Positions 52,643 to 64,000 of a stretch of DNA of 64,000 bases are shown in pieces. Numbering within the stretch: position 1 is the stretch's first letter; each line of letters starts with the position of its first letter. The notes beneath the pieces are model-generated. The model was given only the letters and a program-made list of their open reading frames with translations, did not search any database and was not told where the DNA came from. Position numbers and translations under genes: made by a program. The stretch spans positions 4,898,001-4,962,000 of the forward strand of contig OZ059899.1 in NCBI GenBank assembly GCA_964057225.1, given 5' to 3'. This DNA is from Auanema rhodensis (taxonomy: Eukaryota; Animalia; Nematoda).

Positions 52643-55398
52643 ATGACCTCACCAACAATTCCATCTTCTCATAGATTTTTAAGTATTGATGGCCTGATGC
52701 CATCAACTATATATGATAAAGGTAATCTCTCAACTAATATAATTATGAAGAAGCTATGGAAAATGCTAGAGTGCTGTTTTATTTGCTTTTTTAGGGGACA
52801 CGGAAATGGATACATCCGAAGAGATGGAAGAAATTAGAGAACTGCTTTATGAAATGATCCAAAAAAACTTCCCTATGGGTGTATCATCCACACATTTGGC
52901 TGACAAATACAAAGAAGAGTAAGTGGCTTCATATGTTTAAAAATATGTTTTGTTTTAATTTCTATTATTTTTGATGTAACGGGTTTACAACTTTGAACTT
53001 GTTAGTCATTTCTCCATCCTCTTAAGGAAACTATAGTGGACGAATGCGTGCTATGTCCTATGTCCTATGCTCTATTTGCTTATTCTATTGTGCTTGAATC
53101 GTGTTTGTCCAAGAAATCGCTTCACGTTATTGCTGTTTCAGATATGTTAATAAGGGATTAGGAAGAGAGCTTCCTGGAGATTGGTTGGAGCAGGTGCTAG
53201 CTAATTATCTTGACCACTTTTTATTTATTTTTTTATTAGGTGGCTGCCGCTGAGGAATTTGAAGCCCAAACTAGGGGCCCATTGACCATATTATTTGTTC
53301 GTTTATCGAACACCAGTTCGTTTAGAAGACCACCAATTCCTTTAACTAATGTTCGAAGTAAGTAACCATTTTGCTAGTTTAAAGGGTTTTTGGCGATTTT
53401 TCAGATTTAAATAATAATTTGAATTAGTAAGTTTTTAGTTGTTATTGACAGTGTTGTTGTTTTTAATTTTTAAGTTTTTATTTAGTATATGTTTCGTATG
53501 TATGTGTTCTCTAGTTTTGTTTGTTTCAGTTATTTCATCGACTAATAAGAACGAAAATTATGAATTAGCCAAGAAGAGAAAGGATAATTACCCATTAGTT
53601 CATTCTGAAACCGTGAGAACAGCACTTCTTTTTATTTTACATTTCCCTATTTAGTTGTTGAGACTTTCTGAATCCTTGACCCCTCGATGTGAGGTCCGAG
53701 TAGTTGCTTTCGATTCTTCAGAAGATTTCTATATTCGGGCCGTGAATGACGAGAAAAAGTTCAATGAAATTAAAGAGGGACTTGCTGACTTTTACTCTAA
53801 AGAAGACAATGAGAACAGAGTTCAGATCTATGTAACTTTCATTTTTTCGTTTCTGTAAAATAGTTATTTTATGTAGGAAATTCTTTCTGGAGGTGCATAT
53901 GCGTTATGTGACGCTGGTGGCGAATGGTTCCGTATTGTAGCTGAAGTAAGATAGTAGTGAACTTTTTAGAGAGTAACTGTATTTTAGGAGTTGCCTAGAA
54001 ATGGAACTCTTAAATGCTTTTTTTGTGATGTTGGTGTCAAGGGTTCATTTCCTGTTCGAGATGTCCGCCTTTTACCCGATCCAAACTCTTCCATAATGCA
54101 AGGTATTATAGAAAATATCAGTACTTCCGGGATTAATTGAAAGTTTTACAGTGCCAGCATTAGCTAAAAGAGTTGCAATGGGATTTTCTGAATCTGAACA
54201 AGGTCTAGAAGCTGATCAAATTATACGAGAAATATTATTTGAAAACGATCCATCGGGAAATTTAGTACCTGTTACAATACTTGTATGTTGTTTGCTATGT
54301 ATTAAATCATTTATCATTGCATCCATTTCAGTTTTCCTCAGCTGATACTTCCAGTAAGATGGAACATCAAGTTATTGACTTATGGACAGTGGATAGTCGA
54401 GCTATTAAAGAAGAAGTTTTGAATCGTCTTTCTGGAGATGCTAATGGAAATATCAAAACTATGTATGTCTATATAAGAAAAAATCATATGTTGTATTGAT
54501 TTTTATTTATTACAGAACTGTCCCTCGAGCTTCAACCGTCGTGTCTCCTTCCACACTATGTGTATTTAGCGGGGATGCTGATATCACGCCAATGGAAATT
54601 TCACAAATGCCAGTTGGTATCTTTCCAGCAAATGCATTATTCGCTGCTGGCCCTATTGATATCAGTCTTCGCCAGGTTTCTTTGGTAACGTTTTATGCTG
54701 ATTTTTGATGTAATTTTGTATCTTTATTTAGGATCCCATGCCGGATTACATGTACAACAAGCTAGCCGAAGAGTGTGAATTACCTGACTCTAGATTAATC
54801 GAGAACCCACAAATCGGATCATTCTATGCAGCAATGATAGATGGAAGATGGGAACGTGTGCAGTGTATCCGACCTTCCAAGATTGGTATTTATAAAGTTT
54901 TTATTTGTGATAACAAATACAAAGTTTGAAGATAAAATGGCGTTTTGTGTCTATTTGATTGATGTTGGTGCTTTTCATTACGTTAGGCGTGATTCCATCC
55001 GAAAACTTAATAGTAAAACTCCTTTCCGTAAAATGCTTATGTTCAAATGCAAGGTGAGACTTCGAAACGTATGGAAAAATATTCTTTATTTAAGCTTTCT
55101 GGAATACAACCTGTAGGAGGTGTTGATGTATGGACGCGTGAAAGCCATGAAGCCGTCCGGGAATTTTTTGAAGCTGGTCTTGGGGATCCTGTCTTGGTTT
55201 GTAGCATTGAAGTTTGTTATATATGAATAATATGTTTTTTAGGTTAATCCTTTGCCCAATGGTTGGAGTGAATGGAAGCAATTAAACGCTCCCTCAGTAC
55301 CGTTAGTTGAAGCTCGTCTCTCTTGTTGTGGTCGTGATCTTGCTGATTGGCTGATTTCATGTGGCCTAGCAATGCCTATTCCTCATGAAAAGCAATAG
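52643..55398 (+). CDS. LOTUS-like + two extended Tudor domain protein (TDRD5/7-like)
   Basis: N-terminal IRELLYEMIQKNFPMGVSSTHLADKYKEEY...LPGDWL is OST-HTH/LOTUS-like. Tudor motifs GGAYAL..GEWFR..CFFCDVG and GSFYAAMIDGRWERVQ..VYLIDVG. Confidence 0.75.
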
Positions 55399-55863
55399 AC
55401 CATTGCGTTGTCCTTTATAGAAATGACCTTCTCTCGTCAAGTAACACAAGTCTGGGATGAATCAAATGGATGACAGGTTTTCTCTTCTCCATATATGATT
55501 CAAAATGGTCTTAACCTTTCATATCATAGATGCTAATATTCATCATATTTATTTATATACTATTTGCTGTGATACATAGATATAGTTTAGAATACTAATT
55601 TACAAATTTTTATTTATATTATACATAATAGCTCATATATCTACTTATCCCAATAAAAAACCTTATTGTTCTGTGATAATTGTGGTGCTTCTAATTTCCC
55701 CAAATGCTCAGTGTAATAATTTTTATTTAAACTATAATAATTGCAATAATAATAATTTTTTAATGAAACACGTGTAACATGTTACACAAATCAGTTTTAT
55801 ACTGTTTCATATCTATTTTATATGCCTTCGCTCTGTATTTCATGATTTGTTTTAGAATTTTAA

Positions 55864-58508
55864 ATGCGTTCACGGTCGGCTGTTTGCCGTGCCGTGCTAG
55901 TAACTAGCATAGTATGGATGCTGTTTGGTAGTTTGGTTTTATTATATTTATTAGAGCCGGGTACTTCACCAACTAGTATAGAAAATAAGTAAATTGTGCT
56001 CACAATTAAGGAAAAAAACTTACTCATTTCAGAATTGTCCCTAGAGCTGAGCGATATGAAGGAAAAGCGAAGTTTGAAAAGGTATTCCGGTGCTTTTTGT
56101 AAACAATTAGTTATTGTGGTTTATTCAGCCTGATAGTGCTCCGTTTGCTTCGAAACTACAAGCCGATAACATTGATCCATCTGTTCAACAAGAGCTAAAC
56201 AAATTATTGAATGGTATTCAATTGTTTTCATATTTATGTTCTATTTTTCAAAATGTTTAGTACAAGCTTTCGGTGACCCACTTCATGGAGAAAACGGAGC
56301 TGCTGTTTCAGTAGATAGTAATAATAAAAGATTCAATGAAAATCAATTTAATGTTGTATGTTTTCCTAAAGTTTTTTCAAATCATGTTTAAATTTAAACC
56401 TTTTCAGGTAGCGAGTGAAATGATCTCGGTTAATAGAAGTTTACCGGATTACCGAACAAGCCAGTATGATATCATCAGTTTTGCTATAGTTTATATATTT
56501 TATTACAGATGTCAACTACAAGCAGAATCTTATCAAAGTGAAACTTATCCAAAAACATCAGTTATCATTGTATTCCACAATGAAGCTTGGACAACACTTC
56601 TAAGAACCTTACATTCTATTGTTAATAGATCGCCTTTATCATTACTTGAAGAAATAATTATGGTTGATGATCTCTCTGATAGAGAATACCTCAAAGGCCC
56701 TCTTGAAGCTTATTGCAAACGGTTTCCTGTAAGTAATTTTATCATCATCTGTTGTCATGAACTATATAAAGATTCCTGTACGTATTGTACATTTACCGGA
56801 GAGAAGTGGCTTAATTCGTGCTAGATTAACTGGAAGTGGAATAGCCAAGGGAAAAATTCTTCTGTTCTTGGATGCTCACGTTGAAGTATGTTCTTTAAAT
56901 ATGTTTATTTATAAATATATAATATTAGGTAACAGCAGGATGGCTAGAGCCTCTGATTGACAGGGTTGCTACTGATAGAAAGATTGTCGTTGCCCCATTG
57001 ATTGATGTTATTTCTGGTAAGATATTGTAACGTTAGTTGAATAACTAACATATTTTTAGACGATACATTCGAATATGTTACTGCATCCGATACCACATGG
57101 GGAGGTTTTAATTGGCATTTGAATTTCCGTTGGTATCCTGTTCCAAAAAGAGAACTGAATCGTAGAAAGGGAGATAGATCACAACCCATACAGTAAGTTT
57201 AACAAATTTTATATAAGTTTGTCCTGTTTGTGTTTATAGAACTCCAACTATTGCTGGTGGTTTGTTCGCTATCGATAGACAATTTTTCTATGATATTGGC
57301 TCTTATGACGAAGGAATGGAAGTTTGGGGTGGAGAAAATTTAGAAATTTCATTCCGTGTATGTATTATTTCATAATTTCTTTATACATTCATAATCTTTC
57401 AGGTCTGGATGTGTGGAGGCTCTTTAGAAATTCATCCATGTTCTAGAGTTGGTCACGTCTTCCGCAAGAAAACCCCTTACACTTTCCCAGGTGGTACTGC
57501 TAAGGTATATACTTACTATTGATGCGATCACTTTTAATTTTTATTATCAGGTTATTCATCATAATGCTGCTCGTACAGCGGAAGTTTGGATGGATGATTA
57601 CAAACAATTCTTCTATAAAATGGTTCCAGGTTTCAATTTTTTGTAAAGGCTTTATCCAAATAATACTTTGTTACAGCTGCAAAAAATGTTGACCTTGGTG
57701 ATGTTTCGCAAAGAATCACTTTGAGAAAAAATCTTCAATGCAAATCATTCAAATGGTATCTTGAGAATATCTATCCTGAAGCTCCTGTTCCCGCTGAATT
57801 TAAATCTCTTGGTGCTATTCAGATGGAGGTATATAATTTGATTTTAAGATAACGTTTTTTTCAATGACACATTCAGGGTAATGAAGTATGTATTGACACC
57901 ATGGGCAAGAAAGAGAATGGCAATCCAGGTGTTACTTCTTGTCATGGATCTGGTGGAAACCAGGTAACCCTAGAGTTTACATAATTTAATATAGAAACAA
58001 GAAATATATTTAAATAATAAGTTTAGAAGATTTTAATAGGTCGATTACCTTCTCATCAGGTAAAATAAATATAAAATGTGTGATAATTTAGTCATCCCTG
58101 GGTCATATTCAGTTCAATTTCTTTACTGTTTTAAGAAATAAATTTCATTTATTTTTTTAAAGGCTTGGTCCTTCACTGGAAAGGGAGAAATTCGAAGTGA
58201 CGATCTTTGTTTGTCATCTGGTCTTCCGTTTGCTATGGATGATTCTCTCAAGCTTGAGCGCTGCAACGTAGCCTCGCCAAGTCCTAAACATCTTTTCCAT
58301 ATTGTTGTAAGTTATATTCCACATTTATTAATTTGTTTTATTGAAATTACGTTGAAGTTTAAAAAAATATTTTCTTTTTCAGGGTCAGCAGATTATACAT
58401 AATAAAACACAAAAATGTGTAGCAGGAAATGGTTCAAAATTGATTCTTCAAAATTGTACTAATGACAATAAACAGCGATGGACTTTAGAAGGTTACAGTG
58501 CTTTCTAA
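55864..58508 (+). CDS. gly-3: Polypeptide N-acetylgalactosaminyltransferase
   Basis: Type [60 protein letters not shown], ricin-type lectin [14 protein letters not shown]. Confidence 0.92.
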
Positions 58509-58924
58509 ATGTTTAATTCATAATTACAAGCGTTTGCCCTAAATATCATTATCTCATAAATACCTTGAGCAGCTTTTGTCGCCCATTAAGTTTCTATTAG
58601 AGTTTTATGTGCCTTAATGATTTATAGATTGGTGGTGGTTTCAGCATAATTTCAAGTATTATTTTCATTATCCGTTGATCTTAATAAGAAATTTCATTGT
58701 TTTTTGAAGTTTAGTGATCATTTAGTTGTGATTTATCTGTGATTTTTTTTTAATTTTGGTTGTGTTGTACATTTTCGTTTTTATGATCGAAATGATGGGT
58801 ATTTTGTTATTTAATAATAAAATATTAGCTAAAGCTTAAAGCTTAGAAACCTTTTTTTGTTTTCTTCGATAGCATATTTCTATTTTTAGATTTTTTGATA
58901 ACATCTTCATATTTAGTCTAGTTA

Positions 58925-60736
58925 ATGTCATACTGTAGAAGCTTATTTTGGTTGAAATCAACTGGTTCTCAAATTTCTAAAAGGTCAGCTCAATCATGGA
59001 TTCATAAATGGAATCGTTTTGAACGATGGCAAGATCTTGAAAAAGCCAAGGTTTTTTCTGTTTAAACATATAAATATATTAATATTCGGTTAGGATGAGT
59101 ACACAGTGGAAAAACTAAAAATGAAAAATTTCCTAAAATTACCTACTGGATTGTATATCACGCCAGAACGTCCTGAGGATTGTATGTTTTGAAGAACTTG
59201 TTGAAATTTGTTTTTTTATTTTGCAGTAAAACCAAAGAAAGATCGAGCTGATCAAACGAATGAGGATACAGGTGCTTTACCCATAGATTTACTAACTAAT
59301 CATACTCAAATGAGGTAAAAATATGACAACATTTTATGAGTTTCATTGCAATATCTGATTTATTTAGATATTTAGATCATTCTATTGATAATATTAAACG
59401 ATTCAATAGATATCAACATTTTAAACATTTACAATACGATCAAAGGTATTATTTATAATATATATTTATTATATTCAATATTTATATTAAAAGAATGATA
59501 CCTGAGAGATTACTGTTCTTGGGACCCGATCTCGCAGCTGCACATTTTCTTGTACATAGAGGAGCAGCTATTAAATTTCTGGATGATGAAACTTGGTACA
59601 AAAAAGATAAGAAAAATGTATTTCTAATATTTCTTTCTTTTTAATATATTTCTCATATCTTTCCAGAACTACTCCTTACCGGGTAGAAAAGTTCCAGGGT
59701 TATATATTGAAGCAATTGATGCATCTGGAACTGAGCTTATGTATGAAGGTATGAAAAAAATGTTTCTGAACATTGGACAAATAAAAAAAATAATATAATA
59801 TAAATCCTTTTTTAGGTTTCGAAAATCTCCATGAATTGAAAAATTTAAGAATGCTAAGATTAGCTGATTGTGAATATATTGATGACTGGACTTTGGGAAA
59901 AATAGGAGGAATGATGGAAAATTTAGAGATGTTAGATGTCAGTGGGTGTAGTAGAATTTCATCAAAAGGTTTTTGCTTTCATTGTTGACGTTCTATAATG
60001 ATTTTTCAAGGTCTTATGGGATTGCTACCGTTGAAGAAGTTACGCTATCTGCGTTTAGAGGGTTTAGATTGCAAGGTATATATAAAGGGATTTAAAACAT
60101 ATTATTTTGCTTTTTATAGGACTTAGGTAAAGCTGCTCTCATATTAGAAGAATCAATACCATCTCTGACTGTTATTGGGGTGGATTATGAAGAACAAATG
60201 AAAATATTAGAAGCTGAAACACGTTTATTAGAAAATCCAAATGTTGTTCAAGATGCTCGTGGAAATATTTTTATGGAAGATGATAATGGACAGTTATTCT
60301 ATATTGGTGGAGAAGTGAATGAAAGGCCAGCTGTTTGTGATATGGATAAACCCTTAATGACAAGTACAATACGACGGTATTGTTATGTTATTTTACTTAT
60401 AATTTCGGTGTTTTAAAGGGAAATTCCGGAAATGTCAGATGAAGAGTTTGACAAAGTAGATGCTTTATCGGGTGGTAAGCTAAGACACTTACTCGTTGGA
60501 TCACCCAGTGGATATGAATGGAATGAGCAAGTTGAAACAATTTTACAATTTGAATCCAAATGGAATAAGAAAGAAAACATTCCTGTTAATCCTAAAATGC
60601 TTCCTGAGAGTGAAAGGCCGAGGGTAATTTTAATATTTTGTAATATCTCATTGTATATTGATGTTTTCAGTTTAAACCAGAGCCAAAGCCTAGCTTACTA
60701 GAAGAAAATAGACAAAAATTTATAGATAGTTCATAG
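58925..60736 (+). CDS. DMAC2/ATP5SL-like mitochondrial LRR protein
   Basis: Presequence-like N-terminus; LGPDLAAAHFLVHRGAAIKF, IEAIDASGTELMYEGFENL, LRLADCEYIDDW, LDVSGCSRISSKGL. Confidence 0.8.
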
Positions 60737-60859
60737 ATATTATATTATTAAATTTCTTATAAAAAGTTGAATAATTTAAAACCACTTAAAACATGTAAAA
60801 CTTAACAAGTAATTAAAACTATTAAAAAAGATTAAAGTTATCAACAAGTTGCATGAAAG

Positions 60860-62448
60860 CTAATGTTCTAGTGCTTGTGACTGCCAAACAAAATTTTCAC
60901 AGAGTTCTATTTTATTAATTTTATTGATATTCTTATAACCAGGATCGGCAACTATAGTAGATAGTTCTGATGCATCTTTTATTCTAAGCAAGATAGAATT
61001 CTATAAAATATATATCTTTAAAACATTAAATATTAACTATTTCTAACCTTAATTGAAGTTAAATTATACTTCCAAGATAATAGAATAGCTTGAGATGTTT
61101 CTTTAGTTTTTTCTTTTATATATTCAGCACAACTATGTTTAATAGTTTCAACATTAAAACATTCAGAGAGTATCAGTAATTTTTCAACGTTATCATCTGA
61201 AATTAATATTTATTAATATAAAAATATATTTAAATAATATAAACAAACCAGTTATTATTTCATTTGGAACATATAAATGATACAAAAAATTTATAAAGTC
61301 GTCTGATTTGATATCTTTTTTATTTGGTAAAATAATTTCTATCTCAGGTAGAGACTGTTTTGTAAGAAGAAAATATTCATCTAAATTACTAAATTTCATC
61401 CTTTTGCTGGCAACTTGAGCACTATGCAGTTCATCAATTATAGATTCCATTTTTTGTTTTTTTCTTCGTTCCTTAAGATATATAAACTTTTTTTTTCTAA
61501 TATGGGCAAAATATTAAAAAACCTGTGTTGAAATGGCTTCATCAAAAACGGAAGAATTAAGTCGTAGCAACTGTAAAATCATATAAATCTATTATACTTC
61601 TGCTTCATCTTACTTGAGAGTGACAATATAGCTTTTCTTCACCTAATTTCAATATGATATCAGCACATTTGAAGTTAGAATCCCGAAAATCAAAGCAAGG
61701 CAGAAATCTGGTACCAAAGTAATAAAGGAAAGCTGGTTTTAGACAGACCTCAGTCCAGTGAGTCTTCTATTTCGGATAGAAATAGTTACTGTGATTTGAT
61801 CCTTATTTTGAACATCAGAATTTAAATAATCTTCATAATTTTCATCATATATTACTTCTCCAATAACATAATCACTTTTATTAGATGCTTGAAATATTAG
61901 CTAAAATTTAATTTTACAATAAGAAAATTAGGAAAAAAAAAAGAACATACGTCATTAAATACTTTTAAGGAATTACCAGCTACACGTTCAACATCAGCAC
62001 AAATTGCCCAATCATCAGATACTCGAATCTTGCATTCTCTAGGTTTTGCATATAAGACCATTTGAAGAAATCTTGATGTTGGCTTATTTGAACTTGATTG
62101 ACATGATATAGTTGATTTCATCTTAGCTATTACCCACCTAAATATAAATACAATAGAGTGCTAGAACTAATTTTAATAAATAAATAACTTTTTATTATTT
62201 AAAAAAATGTTTATATTACCAATCACATCCGTCATTGTAAAAACTTGAAGATTCATATTCTTTCTCTGGATCATCAAGTTCTTGAAGATTTTTGAATGTA
62301 TGCGTAAAAGATAAATTTGTTGAAATGCTGAAAAGATTATATATTCCCTTCAAAACTTGTAAATTATAAGAAAATCAGTAATATTAAACATCTCAAAATG
62401 ATATTACCGATAATTCTTAAAACCAAAATAAGATATCCCACTTTGCAT
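60860..62448 (-). CDS. MATH-BTB (bath-family) protein
   Basis: MATH-like FTHTFKNL..YESSSFY..DWVI; BTB ADIILKLGEEKLYCHSQ|LLRLNSSVF, DFINFLYHLY, VENVETIKHSCAEYI. Confidence 0.75.
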
Positions 62449-64000
62449 ATTTGTGATAATCCGTATTAATTGATATCGTAACCATAGTCCAGAAGTTGCC
62501 ACAGTAATGGAAATAGAAATGAGAGTACCAGTATATTAAACTGAAATTGCAGAAAGCATATGAATAGATTCAAAAGTTTCACTAAATTTTTCTGAAAAAT
62601 CGAAAATTGTCTTCTTTTCTGGAAGGTGAGTTAGAATTAAAATAATATGAGAATACAAACAACATATTGTTTTAAAAAGAATAAATCAATATTATACTTT
62701 ATATTTATTCCATTCTATTCTATTTAGATCTTAAAAACATTGTATATCTTTTATATTTACAATTTTAAACTTGTTAATCTTCAAATAAAATAATAAATTT
62801 CATTTCAAATATTATCTTTAAATTGTCTTTTTCAATCAGTTTTCAACATAAAGAAAAAGAAAATAAGATCTAAGAAATATGAATTATATTTGATGGTTTT
62901 CTTTGATTACTACTCATTCAATTCAAATATTTATTATTTTGTATCGAAATTCTAATTATTTTTATTTTGTAAACAATCAATATTTTATATTATTTACTTT
63001 TTGTTTTTGGTTTGATGTTCTTTAAAGTTATTTATACTTATAGATTATATTTATAATTCTAATAATATAAATATCTATCTAACTAGTATTTTAAAATCAT
63101 TTACTATTTAATAATCTGTTTCGATGTAAATCCATTTTTGAGCTCAGATCATCCACATTTAATTATTTCAATTTCTCATCCTTTTCTTTTTTATTTTTTC
63201 AGGTCATTTTATATGATACAAACGGATATATATGCCCTTTTCTGTTAAAATTTTTATTTTTATGAACTTTTAAATTTATTTTTCTGAGTACAAACATTTA
63301 TATTTTTATTTTTATTTATAAATTTAAAAATATTTCAATGATAATTCAATTTTTCTTTTTCTATACAAAATATTTTTCTTTAACATATATTACTATGTAA
63401 TAAATAAAATAAATTGTTTTTTAGTTGTTTTTGGTTAATCATTATTCATATTTTGATTCATTTATTGAAATTCATCAGTTTTTTTTTGTTTCTATCAAAT
63501 ATCATTTATTTTTACTTCTGATTGAAATATTTCAGCTTATAAGCCTTAATAATTCTTAAATTTTTATTTATAAATATAAAAAAATATATTTATTCTTTTG
63601 ATTTTACTCAGATCTCATGACTAGTTCTTCTCAAGGTTGAACACAGGACGCTCTATTACCACCCCCCACCTTTCCATCCAATCTCTACAACCATTACTCG
63701 ACCATTCATCAATCTGTTTCTTATGTTTTTCTATTTTGGCTAACATTGTCATTTCCTCTTTTTTCTGTGTAAAACTTATGATTCATTACATTAATCAATG
63801 TAAATAAACATTTTTGAATTAAAAAAAAAACTAAATTTACATTGAAAGTAATAATTTCAATCGGAGATTAACTAAATAATCAATGTTATATGAACATAAA
63901 TAAGATTTCGGTCAGATAGCCTCAAGGCCAATCAATAAAGTTTCGTTTATATTTTCTTAGTTTTTCTATTTATTTCTTTATTTATTTTAAAAAATATTTT

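Noticed and set aside
62600-64000. Extremely AT-rich tail as a DNA-elimination or subtelomeric boundary
   Set aside because: No TTAGGC arrays or recognisable elimination motif; consistent with ordinary intergenic DNA.

Overview
Gene-dense, AT-rich eukaryotic DNA with very short introns (mostly ~40-55 nt), TTT(C/T)AG-type acceptors directly before many ATGs and close similarity to C. elegans proteins, so most likely a rhabditid (clade V) nematode with a compact genome. The species cannot be determined from sequence alone. About 23 spliced protein-coding genes were reconstructed by hand: CUEDC1-like (5' partial), trpp-3, prp-40 with mrps-23 nested antisense in one intron, a THAP protein, clu-1, an orphan, a C2H2 protein, two tandem CHFR/RNF8-like RING genes, an RDE-8/ERI-9-type NYN nuclease, unc-51, a DHHC palmitoyltransferase, hpr-9 (Rad9), a SWEET transporter, a MEIOC homologue, mrps-9, an ARAP-like RhoGAP, a TAK1-like kinase, a LOTUS-Tudor protein, gly-3, a DMAC2-like protein and a MATH-BTB protein. 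The most interesting signals lie in the rare long introns: (1) a ~275-nt GC-rich, extensively base-paired RNA-like element of unknown family in the SWEET intron; (2) a tRNA-Arg-derived Pol III module fused to a box C/D snoRNA in a clu-1 intron; (3) two overlapping alternative terminal exons of the DHHC gene with an intronic hairpin upstream; (4) expanded mrps-9 introns, a 119-bp tandem duplication and G-tracts upstream of the MEIOC homologue. Family assignments come from recognised motifs and recalled sequences, not database searches. Coordinates were counted by hand and may be off by a few bases.
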